Source: Trichoplax sp. H2
Lineage: Eukaryota
Reading direction: 5' to 3'
Assembly: GCA_003344405.1 (NCBI GenBank)
Contig: NOWV01000153.1
Location: 1-64,000 of the forward strand
Length of the DNA: 64,000 nucleotides
The notes under the pieces: model-generated
The model's database searches: none
What the model saw: only the letters and a program-made list of their open reading frames with translations
Told to the model about the DNA's origin: nothing
Shown: positions 39,696 through 55,239 of the stretch, one piece after another
How the letters are laid out: every line of letters starts with the position of its first letter
How positions within the stretch are numbered: position 1 is the first letter of the stretch
Position numbers and translations under genes: made by a program

Positions 39696-41772
39696 AAATG
39701 TGTAGAATAGATGTCGTTTAAAAACTCATGCTACAGTAGAGATATGCTCGAAACTAGCGACATCTTTTTTACGTAAATGTGCATTGTATGAGAAAAGTCG
39801 CTGAAGTACGGCTACAGTATGTCTGTGTCTATTGTATCATGACAAGGGATGCCAGACGTGACTCCATTCACCTCCATTGATGACAGACGCAGAGCGTTAC
39901 AATGAATGAATGAAAGCTAAAATAAAAACAAGATTTGCAAGTCGTCATTATCACGCAGCAATGGCGAAGTTTGTTTGCTGTTACGATGTATTTAGAAATC
40001 TGAACCTATTGCAATGGCATTCCGTGCTCAATTATTTCTTAATAAGACATAACTAACTCACGAAGGGATACGAAAACTATACAGTACAGTAAATCAATTC
40101 GAGATCAAGGTTCTTTCAGATCTTTTATTTTACATAATCAATAATCAGTAATCAATTATAATGTAATTTAGTAAGGTACTTTCGTCAAGTTAAATGCGCG
40201 TACAAGATAACCGTCCATATTTTTCAGTGACTAAAGCGTACCTTATTGTCAATTTTTCGCCATAAGTTACAAGTTTATACGAGCGCTGAACAACGATAAT
40301 GACTAATTTTACCATAACCGCATTTCCCCTGTGCTGTAAACTAGAGCAAGTATGACAATCTATCTATTTACTGTAGTCCTTGAAATGATACCAAACGAAA
40401 CTTTTACAATACAACCGCGTCCCAAAAAAATAAAAAATAATATTTTGACTCCGTGCAATTTCGAGAAGTAGTCTATCAAATGGTAACACCAACGTTGTAA
40501 TGATTACTTTATGACGAACCAGGAACGAGAATAATTCGTGATTAAAGGATAAAAGTTGACAAACGTTTGGCTATTAATAATAATGTTAGTACGTATTAGC
40601 CATCATTCATATTAGGAATAAAATAAAATTACGGTTTAGTGGAAACTGTACTCTACGTACTTTCAATTCAGTATCTTTAAAGCTTAAGCTAGATATTTTG
40701 AAAGTATCATCATCCTACGATAACGTCAGAATCAGAACAATTTTGCAACAGAGTTACCGTATGCTATAAAATGCAAATACAGTAAACTATACTTCGGACT
40801 AGCGAAATTAAATCAGTCTTTCAGCGCTCCTTTGGAAAATTTATACGGTCTTTGTTTGAGTCTATTTTATCGAAAGTAGTCAGACTTCACACATAGATGT
40901 TACCCTAAATTAATAAAGGCTATCAATTAAGGCAAAAATAAAAAGGCAGTAAAAAATTGTACGCTATTCCTGGTCATTGGCGACATACGTACGTGCAGCA
41001 CATTAAAACCAGTGTTAGTTAAAAATGTTAATAGTATCAGGATTGAGCCCTATAGTTCTATCTAGTGCTTCCAATTCGTTTTTAACATAGTATTGAAAGA
41101 AGATTTTAAAACCCTACAAAGAAATTTTGCCAGCAAATGCTGCGAGCTACTTTGTAACAATATTTATTTTCGAAGCCAAAACTGCTGTCCCTGATGGCTG
41201 CGATCATTTTCAAATTGACAAAGTACAAATGTGATCGTCGTCTATCACTGAAGCAAAAATTTACTCTCTTTTCAAGCAGTCATTCACAATAAAATGACTT
41301 GCATAGCTATTACACGTTAACCTATATCCTTTTCCTTTACAACAAATACATCCGTAAATGTTTGACTGTCCAGCAGTGGGTATGCTGTATATATATTTAT
41401 ACTGTGCTGTACATATGGATGATACGATTTGAATTTGTTCCATGCTATCTGATATAATCTGCGCACTAGAAAGTTTTTCATCCGCAAACTGAAATTGTCA
41501 GATTTTATTCCGCGATTTAGTATTCCCTTACTCGCCTATTGATGAGTATAAGTACTCCGTAATCATTTTACTAATTCCACAAAATAACTCGAACACCGGG
41601 CTCATTCGAAGGTTGAACAAATTTTATTTTGTTGTATTATCAAGCTCAATATTTCATCACAATTACAGGAAAATTGAATTTCTCATAATAACTAGCATTA
41701 GCAGTAATTATTTTGAACAGACTCTCGATGACAGCGTATATTAGAAAGGAAAATTAACAATCGGTTTTCTTA

Positions 41773-43179
<1,407 letters not shown>

Positions 43180-43256
43180 TCAACAAAAGTTCGTTTGACG
43201 TAGAGTTCTGTCGGCAAGGGATTGTGATTCTAACTTAACTGATTTAATCGAGGCTT

Positions 43257-43330
43257 TTTTATACCTTCTGGTAATATCACGTGATCGTCACTGCTTGTGC
43301 AGTCTGTCATTGGTCGAAACGTCTAGAACG
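43257..43330 (-). promoter_or_regulatory. Polyubiquitin core promoter: TATA, E-box, CCAAT, HSE-like
   Basis: TATAAAA (-) at 43257-43263; ATCACGTGAT palindrome at 43276-43285; CCAAT (-) at 43309-43313; cGAAa-cGTCt-aGAAc at 43315-43329. Confidence 0.6.
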
Positions 43331-43369
43331 TATTTACTTAGATAAGCGCAATTGTTTACCAGGGTAATG

Positions 43370-43812
43370 ACAGTACGGTACAGTAATTGACCTATGAGGC
43401 CGCTGGGGGATGACGATGCGAAAGTGCACTGTACTGTATGCAGTATTGTACTGGATGTGCACCATCATTACGGTACTGACTTGTATTTGTTTTTAGGATC
43501 GACGCTACCGTAACGAGTCACTACCGTGATCGATCGTCAAACAAAGAAAGAGTCATTGTCTACAAATCAATCGAGCGTTCATACTGTATTCCTCTACGTG
43601 GGTTATCAACATTGACACAGTGCGCAGTAAACACAGGCAGTGTACTGTAGTACAGTACTTTGACCTTATACAGTACAGTACAAGCTTGAATATTCATCAA
43701 CATACAGTATAGTACAGTACTGTACAGTACAGTGTACAGTACTGTACATACTCTACAGTGAACAATTCCTAGAGAAACATTACACATTACTGCCGGTACT
43801 GTACTGTACTGA
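43370..43812. repeat. (GTACW)n pentamer array upstream of polyubiquitin
   Basis: Scattered units at 43370-43480 and dense runs at 43640-43812. Confidence 0.85.
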
Positions 43813-46448
43813 AGGTCTTTTTAATGAATTAATGAATTTCATAGAGCGATCCTGTTACGTCATTGTTATTTTAAGATGGCCCATTGGAGTTAGGCAAACA
43901 GGTAAAACTGCCTGTGGCAAGGGTAAACAGGGGTAATAGCCATTCGTGTAACTGCTAAAAGCAAGTTTATGGTAATGAGCAATCCTGTTGGGGCCACAGA
44001 AAGACATGTTAGAGTAGCGATTTTTCACCCCAACAAAAGCTATAGTAATACACGTAATGTGATGGAAAGTTCTATAAATGAATATTTAACATTGAGAATG
44101 GCGTCTCATAAACACGGTGATAGAAAAATGTCTAAAAATGCTCTTCTATACCCTATCAGGCTACGACACATGATACCATTAAAACTCCTTTTAATGGAAA
44201 TGAGTCATTACACTACTAGTCACGCTGACAAAAAAATGAAATCTCGTCACTTACTGTATAATGATGCAATAGGAATAAGAAGGAGCAACATGATTGTCGC
44301 TTAGCGTAGGTCTAATTTTAGCGAAAAACCGGGCTGATAGCAGTCAACACAGCAGGCGGTACGAAAAGCAAATGTCCATTGCAATCGATTCAAACACGTA
44401 CTGCATTCGAATTCAAGGGAAGACAGAGATAGAGTAACTCTCCTCTTACGTCAATTATTCTGTGGAGTTGGTGAACAGAATCTGTAGCACAATTGTCGAA
44501 TAAAGCAATCTAAAAAAGATTGTTGGTTATACAAGAGATGAAACTTTTATGAAGATTAAAAAAACGAGGGTAATGTGGGCCCCACAGACAGAATCGATTA
44601 GTCGTAAAACAAAATGTCTACTTAACATCCATTATTCCTGTGATAGAGTGTAGCAACGCCAGGGAGGTTATACTGTAAGTCTATCAAATAAAAGTTTACA
44701 TTATTTGGTGTACGTGGTAGCAGACGATTGTATTTTTAAGGCTAGCAAGAATTAAGCGCTGCTTGCATCAGCGTCTTTGCATCGCAATAGAATACGAGTA
44801 GATGCGATCCGAAGCAATATTGATGCTGAGTGATTACAGAAATTGATAAGGCCTTGCTAATTCATTACTGAAGCCAAGTGGATTGTATTTGACTGGAATT
44901 TTGATAGCAATAAGTTATAATTGCCTATTTAAAACTACCTGTTACCCACGTCGTTTATGAAAACTCACTGAAATTGGTAACCCGAAATGTCGTACCATTA
45001 TAGAATTATTAATAAGACGAGTAATCACTTTTGAACATATTGAAGCTGTTATTAACGATGGAAATAATTATAACTTACAGTATTTTCATGCATCAATCTT
45101 GCTCCCAAGCAATATCCAATCCATGACGGTAAAGTAAAATGAAACTGTCGACTGAAAGAGCTTCAAAAATGAGATACAGATGTGCACAGTAACACTATAT
45201 TACACTCGTATAAATAAATATAATATAAAATACACGTATTTGATCTGACTTGGTGAATGCAGGTTGTCACTACTACCCATAATTATTTTGCAACTAGATA
45301 TGCCCAATAGATGATAATGTTATCGATAGAATGAAAATTCTTAAACACCTTTTTCTTGTACTGTACTCTTATTTTTTAGTCTGAACATTGAATTCTGCAA
45401 TTAGCACATCATTTTCTGAAAATTTAAAATCCATAAGCAACCTCCAAGCTTGGAATTATTAGGCAACAACAGATTTTTATACTCGTATACATACAAATAT
45501 TGCAATCTGATAATATCTGGTATAACGAATTCTCTGTCCTGCCGACTGAGTAAAGAGTCATAGAGATGACTGTGTGCTGAGTACAGCAGCACCAAGTTAC
45601 TGTAACATGTAATTATATTATCAGAAAATCTCATTCATACAGCATGCTATTAATTTGCTTATGTCTAAGTAGACTTAAACATTTTTGTACACATTACCAT
45701 CTAGGTGTATAATTTTAGGATTTACGTCGGAAAATTATTTGAAATACAATGTTAAATTGCCGCGATTTGAGAGAAACCCCCAGCCCAGCAACTTATCTTT
45801 AAAATGATAACTCCGATCTTTTAAAGCCAATGATTCACGCGTACGATACATTAAAGGATAGCTATCGTAATTGACTGGCGTGGACTAAATAATACTGACT
45901 GCACTTCAAAACGGTGTTTCAATAAAACAGGTTTTATTGTAAATTTTTGTTTATATATGTTTGATCGCTGAAATTATTAAGTATCATGGTTTCAATCTTG
46001 TTAACGTACTGCAAGAGTGCGAATCATGGACTTTAGCTATTTCACACTGTAGTAAACCGATGTTTCGTCAAAGGTTTTATTAAATCGATATCTTGGTATA
46101 AATATGCTACAAAGGTTTGAGATCGAATTATTTCAGAAAGAAATTAAGAAAAAGTGGTATGAATAAGAGTGCATGATGACAGCATACATTTTACCAACAG
46201 AATACTTCATTAAATCAATCTAATGTGGTAAGTTTTGGAACGACTACTGGCCCAACCTTCGGTCTGTACTCAAGCTCAGCTATATACTTCGAGCAAAGTA
46301 ACAACTATCAGGAAAAAACTAACTCTGATAATTAATTAAACTTCAATTAGTTATTTCAACTAACCAAGAAGTTAATCTCTACGGCTGTAAAGAGCTAAGG
46401 TACAGCATGTATATATATATATATATGTATATATAAACATTAGCAGGA

Positions 46449-49400
46449 TTAAGACCAATTAGATCGCCTATAAGGAGGTCGATAAGGTTGACGGTTCGGT
46501 TTATTTCCGCCTTGCTTTGCAGTAGTGTTAGCTTTCTTAGCAGGAACAGGTGCTGCATCGAACGTAATTCTTTTCCTTAAATGTAAAGAATGGCCTCTAT
46601 TAATTATTTAAGCTGTAGAAACAACACACATACGTATATTAGTACCCACCGTTGCCCTTTGCTTTCGTTCGGTAGCGCCGTAGACGCACTGTCAGCCTAT
46701 TTCCAAAGGAAAGTAGTTATTAAACGAGTACCACACATGTAATTATCATCACTAAATGCATTTAAATACCGTATAATAACTATAATGATAAGCGTATTCG
46801 GTTATCTTCTAATAACCATAATTCTTATATCAATTAAACGAACCAAAGACACATATTCTTGATTATTACTTACTGTGGATTGCCAGGATAGCGTTACTTG
46901 CGTCTTAAACGAAAGAGGATTTCGGAAAAAATCCTGGTAGATTTTATAAAAACAGTGTAAAGTCAGTATCTCCAATTGTTGCTGTTTAACTCATCATTCA
47001 TTTTAACAAAGCAACAACAAGATACCTTCACTAAATTTGTAATATTAGTCATGGTCTTGATGGCTTGGAGCTTAATCTGATTCTATAAAAAAAGTACAGA
47101 TTGAAGATACTATGTGACAAAGCTATTAAAATGTGAAACAGAGAAAAAGTATCCATTTATCTCATGTGTCGGGTCTTAAATTTTTATTAAACTGGCTACA
47201 TAAAATTCATTTATGTGATTATATTAACCTTTTCCAACTTCAATGCCGCGGCAGTCCTTTCTTGTAGAAAGGATCTCAATCGCTTTGTATAATTTTGACA
47301 ACACAACGTAAAATACTGTAGTCTTAAACAAAATACAGACATGAAATTACCAAATGGTACCAAAATTATAAATCCAAACACACTTGCTATTTGTGATGAA
47401 TGGCTTACCTCTTCTTGAAATCTTTGAACTTATCGCCATCTTCGCTGATAAAAGTTTGAGACTAAAATAAATTTAAATTTTAAACTGCTTTGAACAATTT
47501 CTTCAAAGCTCATAGAAAGTTAATTAGGTGCCTAATACTACAATTAATTAACGCGTACAACTGAAAATGATGGCCTCTTAAAATACTATGCCGTAGTTAC
47601 TTTACCTCACTGCACAACCGATGAAAAGTATACAATAAGCATTCTACATAAGAAAACTGATAATTAGGCTCAGTATCATTGGACTCCTCTTTCGCCTCTT
47701 GACTATTATCTGGTGGTTCAGGAAGATATTGCTGTAAGGGAAAAGTATTCTTATTAAGAAAGTTATATATACATTTATTTATACCTGTAAAGAACTAAAT
47801 TACTACGTAAAACTTACGATCAAGATCGGATACAGCAAAGGTGCACAAGCCTCTGCTACTGTAGTATCGTGACAGCCATTGCTAATTTCAGCGTAACACT
47901 TTAGTATCGAAAGTCGTTCTCCTTCACCATCAATTGAATTTAATACTGGTAAAACATTTCTCGTAACGTACGTCATCAGTTGAGCTGACGACGAGCCTGC
48001 TTTCTGTAACATATGAAAGAGCAAATTGTTAGTACGTGTCTTTATTATCTTACACTAGGAAACTTGTTAACAATGTAAGCAACCTGTATAAACGGAATGG
48101 TAGATTTCAGGCAAGACAAGATGCGACCAACACTATTGCTATCTTTAGGCTGTACAAGTCATACATTAAAAATAAAATAAGTTAGATATAACTATATTCA
48201 GCGGAGACGCACAATGAAATATCTCAATGTAAGTTTTATTCAGGATAAGGACGAGACTGTTGTTTAATCATAGCAGAACGGACCGAAAGCAGAACATCCG
48301 CAAAAGGTTGACTGCTAATTAGCCGAGAGTATATCATCATAACGGAAAGATAATCCGAATTTTAAATTAATCTGGGCTTAATTACTAAGTATATTTGTAG
48401 TTACTTGCCTTGAATTGTTCCTTGACTTCAATTTGTTGCATGATTGCGTCTACAGCCACTTGCGGATTCTTCGTGGTATATTTCAATGACTTTAAAATTT
48501 TCATCAGATCAGCAAACTCTTCCTCTGTGACATCGTTACCTAAAGCCTACAATAATTATTTGTTATATAATACCATACCTTTAAGTCGCAATAGATAGGT
48601 ACCAATTTTTGGTGATGATATCAATATTGATATTATATAATAGAAACGAAGTAAATTATAAATTTAGATTTAGTACGTTTTTAATCTGCTCCGCTAGAAA
48701 CCGTTCATTGTCTTCGTTTGAGTTAAATAAAGTCCCTTTCAGCTCATTTACAGCTACTTTGAGGCATGCTATAGCACATCGACGCATACAATTCAAGCCT
48801 TTGCCTTGTATTTGAGCATTACTTTTGATATGAGAGAAGATAACCTCTAAAACTCCTGTATATCACGTTGTAATAAAACTCTGGTCAGATCGAATACCAC
48901 AATAGATTCTAGTATACTACTTTGCATGATAAAGCTTAGCAGGACAGCAAGTTTAGCAAGCTTTCTTATTGAGATTAATATAGCTTTTTAAATATATTAC
49001 CAGTAGGATCAGCAACCAATAAAGTAATCATACTTCTTCTGCACAATGTCACTTCAGCATCAATATCTATTATTTCGAAAGTTATAAAATTCATCCGTCA
49101 TTCTGTTTGTTTATTAACGGAGGTAAAGCAAACACAATGAGCAAAAAATTTAATGGGCAGCATACTGTTGCAGCCTACTATGTGTTACTTCGCAATATAT
49201 AAGATGAGCAAATGAATAACCATTTAATACTTCCTCCAGTATTCCGATATCCATCGGCTAGAGTTTCGATAATATGATTACTAGTTTAGCTAAGGAATAT
49301 ATTTAAAGTATTTCCTATTAATAATTATAAAACATCCAACGAAGGTAACACGACTAAAAATAAAGTGACGTTTAGTTCATCGTACGCATTATCCACAGAT

Positions 49401-51255
49401 CATTTAGCAAAATTTCGCAAAGTAGTCAGAACATGAAATGGCTGCCCATGTAATTTCGCTTTAGTACTGATACAACATTCATGCAGATGACAATGCTAAA
49501 GCCGTATTAACCAGTTACGCATTTACCACGTTATTATATTTGGTTACAATATCTTTGTCTTGGACAACTAATTCTATCTTAATCTTTGCAAGAAAGATTA
49601 ATATGTATACGTATGCAAGAGATCAAATTACTTCAACTAACCTGTTACCAAAAACTGCGTCAGGATATCAGCTACCCGCTTGCAATATTGGCTATCGTCC
49701 TTACAAAGTTCAGGAAAATGCTTTACAGCAGCCTTCCGCACCTAGTAATAAGTAATTTCATACAAATATCAATTTTTATCATTAGTCTAAATACTTACTT
49801 GCGTACTTGCATCAGCTTTTATGAGTGATTTATTCCATTTACTAAATAAACTAACACTAACAATTGATAAATTGGCTAAACTAGTTTAACACTATTGTTA
49901 GTATCCGATAATGAAAAGTAGACTGACAATGCCAAACACTAGCGTCAAGAAATGTTAGGCAAATATAAAATACTATACAGCAAATTGAATCACTAGCCCA
50001 AGACGAACAATGCCATATTTAGATACAATTTAGGGAGCTTAGAGATTTCAATTTATAGCTGGTACTAGCCATGACCTCTGGTGTTATTGGATATGAATGC
50101 TAGTTATCAAAGAAGTCACGTCTATTCTAATGTATCATTCACTGTACTGCAAGTATGAAACGATACTAACATTACTTTCTTCATCTTCAATTAAATCAAT
50201 CTGCTTATCGAAGGCTTCTTCAGCTAAATCTGGGAAATGCTTGAAGAATTTAGGAATAAATGAGGCTGAAAGTAGCTTCTCTTTCGAATCGCCTTGCGTA
50301 GCTTGCAATATAATCTTGTAACTTTCGGCATGCTACAGATAGAATATAATCAATTAATTCAAAGAGCAACCCAAAACTGAAATTAAAATTGATCTTCCAA
50401 GCGTTTCGAAAGTACTCGTGAGTTTAAGAAAAGCCTATCCATTACGTTGTAACGATCTACTATGATATCCGTTGCAAATATTATAGGGGTGGTAAGGTAA
50501 GCAATCACGATACATAACCGTTCCATTTAAATGTAAAATATTACTTCGATCGAATTGACATGGTCAATATTTTTCAACGCAGTATATTGATGCACATCAG
50601 AACACCAGCCATGATTCAATTTCACCAATCTCGATCATTATCTTAATGTACAGTCATACTATGTACTATGACTATCAACAGTTTGCTGCCATTCCTATGC
50701 AAGTCTGCAGTAATTAATATCAATATAAGTAGACTTTAAACATCGGGTTCAACCAGGAATACATAACCAGGCTACTCAACGATATCATGGCAACGGTTTG
50801 GACAAGTAGCCAATTGGACGATCTTGAATGTAGTATTGTACGCGTATAGCACTCTCTCACTGCATCTACATAGCCCAGCATAGCCAAAATTTGCAAGTGT
50901 AAGCGATATAGTAGTATACTACGCTCACTTACTGAGCTATTCAAGGAAAAAAGCCATCAATAATGTGTTACTACTACTGTCCATGACCTATTTATCAATC
51001 GCTGAAGCATCCTCTCCTACCCTACTGTATCCTACTGTACTACAACAGCAATGTGCTACAGCCATTCTACTACAAAATGGTTGCCATGAAAAAATGGATA
51101 TCTTTCCTTGTAAGATTTTATTTACCTTGAAATTTGCTTATCAAATTACTGCAGCTTATACATAATAAATTGTGCTGTACCTGATTTTTATCAGCAGCAT
51201 CTGCTAATATGCCATAATGCTTGTATAATTCTGAAACACCAATCACTTCAGCCAT
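46449..51255 (-). CDS. API5: Apoptosis inhibitor 5, multi-exon
   Basis: MAEVIGVSELYKHYGILADAADKNQ|HAESYKIILQATQGDSKEKLLSASFIPKFFKHFPDLAEEAFDKQIDLIEDEE, ADILTQFL, DVTEEEF, FSYVECLLYTFHRL, RLQYF and a basic tail ending RRSNWS* at 46449. Confidence 0.93.
48240..48340 (-). ncRNA. Candidate intronic box C/D snoRNA in an API5 intron
   Basis: On the API5 sense strand: box C ATGATGA (48340-48334), C'-like ATGATTA, box D CTGA (48243-48240), 90 nt upstream of the 3' splice site. The segment is GC-richer than the surrounding intron. Confidence 0.4.
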
Positions 51256-51392
51256 GCCACTGCTAGTCCGCACAATTTGTCCGCGTTTACGCTGACTTCG
51301 TCACAAAACCAAGGATGAATAATGGCGTTAGAGTGCGCAAGCGTGAATGATTTTTGTATTCATGAAAAGCATCGAGTTAACTCTACACTGAG

Positions 51393-52235
51393 TCTACAGT
51401 ACAGTACTGTATGATTGAAACACAGGAAAGCGAAGTAACAACAAGTACTGTACACTGTACAGTGTACAGTATACTGTACTGTAGTTACTTTTCATAGATA
51501 CAGTATGTAAGCTCTTCTTTTCTTGACAGTTGGTAGCACTAGTGACGACTCTGTAGTAGTGTTCTGCTAGCAGCTTCATCAAACTGCCTTGTCAGACGAT
51601 AACGTTAAATGCAAGCATGTGTAAAACAGATGTCGTCAAAATCTTTTATGATAAAGTGATTATCTTTTACCGCAAAGTGCAACAGCGGCGTAGCCTATTA
51701 TTATGCAGCGCCTGAGAAGAAAAAACTAGTCTAGTACTGCACAGTGCACACTTGCGCAGTAGCGTACTACAATCAGTCGTACAGTACAGTACAGTACTGT
51801 ACTGTACTGTACTGTACTTGACGAATAACTACTGTAGTACTGTGCATTACTTGTACTGTACATTTTACTGACGCAATGACTACAGTCAAGTCTACTGTTT
51901 TCCTGAATGGGAAAGTCAGTGATTCAGAATCGACTTTAGCTTCTGAAAAGTATCAGGATTTTTATTCAGGTTATTCAGAAGAATCACACACACCCAGGCT
52001 AGTAACAGAATTGGTCTACTGTACTGTACATAGATAACATAGATAACTAGACAGTTAACCTAGATAACATAGATAACATAGATAACTCGTCTGATACACT
52101 GTACTATGTATTGTACTATGCGGTAGATAAGCGACGCTTATCAATTGTTCTTATATTACTGTACTGTACTGTAAACCAAATCATACGTACAGTACAGTAC
52201 AGTGCTCTACAATTCACGATCAAATTACTATACTG
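51393..52235. promoter_or_regulatory. Divergent API5/MANSC promoter region with (GTACW)n arrays and an AGATAA cluster
   Basis: Arrays at ~51393-51485, ~51733-51865 and ~52018-52235; 34-bp perfect palindrome at 51779-51812; TAGATAAC(A) repeats at 52031-52086. Confidence 0.7.
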
Positions 52236-55200
52236 TACTTATTTTGTGTACCACCCACCCGATAACATAATAAGAATAGATGGTGGAGCTTCATGAAGAA
52301 GCAGTAAGAATGGAAAGTGAAAAGTACAAGTATAGGACGCAAAGTAGAACGAGCGATAGATTGACTGACAGAATATATTCTACGCCTACAAGATATATAC
52401 TGTATGACATCTATACAGTATTGTATAAACATATATACTGCATAGACGAGTATATATTACCGGGGCTGCCATGATATCGCATCATTACGCTTGCGATAGT
52501 TAACGGTGCAATCACCAATAAATAAAGGCCCAAGATCAATCCCACGTCGAAGGCAGCTAAAGCCTATTGTATCTTGACGCGATTATTTTTTTTTCTCCCT
52601 CTAGTTTGGATGAAAAGGATCGGGAAATAAAATAAGGTACAAATTAGCCATATTTGAATTAGCCGATAACTAGCAACTGCTATTCAATCTATTTCTAACT
52701 TAGACTTTCCATGGGTATGATAATAAATAAATATCATAGCTAGACGTTAATAACGGTTGTTATCAATGCACACTAATTGTACTATCTACTGTATCATCCG
52801 ATAGGGATAGGGGATGCGCACATTTAATAGGATAATCTTCTAAAAATATCTCTTGACTAATCACCGTCTAGCCTTGACCGGAATTACGTCGGACATAGTA
52901 GCTTCGTTATACTCTCACCGAAGTAATTTTGAAAGGTAAGTTCCTATAATTTTATTTTAAATCGATTAGTCTCGATCCTAATAAACTGCTAAAAACTGAA
53001 TTTTCTAATGCTGGTATGTAACATCTGACCATGTTGAAATTGTAGTTGACTCACGTATAGTCATTTAATGGCTAATTTTCTTGAATAATGCACTTTTATG
53101 CTACAACTCTTAACACATAAGGATTGAGTTAATCGCTACAAAGTACAATATCTTACCACTAGATTAATTTTATCGCCAGGATCGTCGTCTATTTCCGTAT
53201 ATCTTGTTAAATATCCTTCATACTTAGATTGATAGCGAACAAATACCACTCAATCTTGATCGTCTAACTTGATGTTGTTATGGACTGTATTATAGCAGTT
53301 GAGTAGTTCAACTTTCATCATTAAAATGCGGATCGTCAAAGCGGTAATGGGGAATTATGATATTATGTTGTAATGTTGTAATCAATCAGTCTATAATATG
53401 TGGCAAGTATTTATTTGTATAAATTTATTACAAGATAGCCAAACTATCAGTGATACACGTATCTCTACTTTCTATCTAATATTACGGTATATTTTAATTT
53501 CGTATAAAATCTCATAATTGATAGTGATGGCAAAAGACGCCACCCTGCGACAGTACACACAAAGACAACATTTTGTTTTCAAATCGAGGCTTTACTAGTC
53601 AAGAAAAATTTCGTATTTCGACACGAGTCCGTTTACAGTACTATAATAATAATGTTAGAGGTTTAATAATCGTTCTCTATCCACTTGTTAAGCAGTTATT
53701 TAAATTTAATAAATATAGAATTTTGCGGACTTTCAAATTTAGTTTGTAGTGATAGTAACCTTGAATGTACTCCATTGTACTGTATAACTGCCATATTCCC
53801 ACCCATATCCTGCTTTGCTTAATATTTAATTGCAGCAATAGGGCTACGGATAGGATAAAAACTAAAACAGTATGACGGCTTTACAATGACGACCATGATC
53901 AATCATTTCAGACGATTCTACACTTTGATGATTTGTACAGTATTACAATATGGAATCATTTTAAAAATTCGACGATCCAATAAATGTTGAAAAAAAAAAT
54001 AATTACTTTGCATGAGATAAGTAAATGTAACCACAGATTAATGATTGGAATAGCAGTCAATTACTACTTCTAGCTCTTTTTTGCCAGCGCTTGCTCATTT
54101 TCTTAAATTTTGATTGCCATGTAAATACTATATCCGTAATACGCGTATCCTTATCAGGCTAAGCAATATTTTGCTTTATCGCCGTATAAACACAAGTATG
54201 TTAACGTGATCCATTTGTGTTATTTAATAATTTTAATCTACACTATCATACCAATCTTAGTAAATCCAGTCTTTTCTTAAATCAGTTCTATTCTGATACA
54301 GTACAATACTTATCCTGCTATTGATCACTAAAATGAGAATGTAGTCATTTATTGCCATTATTTAATTGGCCTGTAGAAGTAAAAATTCTTATTACTCTTG
54401 CCAATAGTTGTTAAACGCTTTTCCACTCTTTAATTAAGAAAGTGGTAGTAATTTTATATTGAACATCGACGTAACATACAGAATAGATATGATACTATTA
54501 CCATAATAAATAATAAATTAAATTAACATGTTATCCTAACTGATACTATGGCACAAATTAGCTCGATAATAATAAGAACCGATAGACAGAGATATCTGGC
54601 TACAATCAAGATTATCATTGAAATTATTATATAATATTCCTACAGTCTCGTAATACGATAGTATAACACTATTACCAATAAAATAGAGTATAGTAATTAA
54701 TGAACTGATTGCCTTTTATAACAGTATAATTACATTCCTACGAGTTCCTCATACCATATTGGCTGAGTAAAGTATATCCAGCTGTTGCTATTGTATTTCA
54801 ATCAAATAAAATAAATTTAGTAGTGCATGACTCCAATAAGATACAACAGCTTATTTAAATTTCAGTAGTAAATGTGCTATAGCTCAGACTAGAGATCGAT
54901 GCACAAATCATCGGCTCCTAAAATTTTGGCTCTTAATCTATACGCGTATAGTCTAAATCACTACATGGTCGACAGACAGTATACTGATGTAGTATGATTT
55001 ACGTCCAGTTATAGCCTTCGTGACGTGCTATCAAATGTATCATGTTCTATATTATTGAACGATATTAGACATTAATTTATAGTAGATCAATTGCAAATAA
55101 TGTTTAATAAATATTTACAATTGCATTAGAAAATAATATTGTGCAGATCTATAACAGTAAACTTTCGAGTTGGAATTTAAAAAGAATACGAAGATTTAAT

Positions 55201-55239
55201 TTGTTTTCATTCCAGATTATTCCTATAAGTTAAAGAAGC

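Noticed and set aside
43969-44304. 111-aa ORF between polyubiquitin and API5
   Set aside because: No recognisable domain or splice context; probably spurious.
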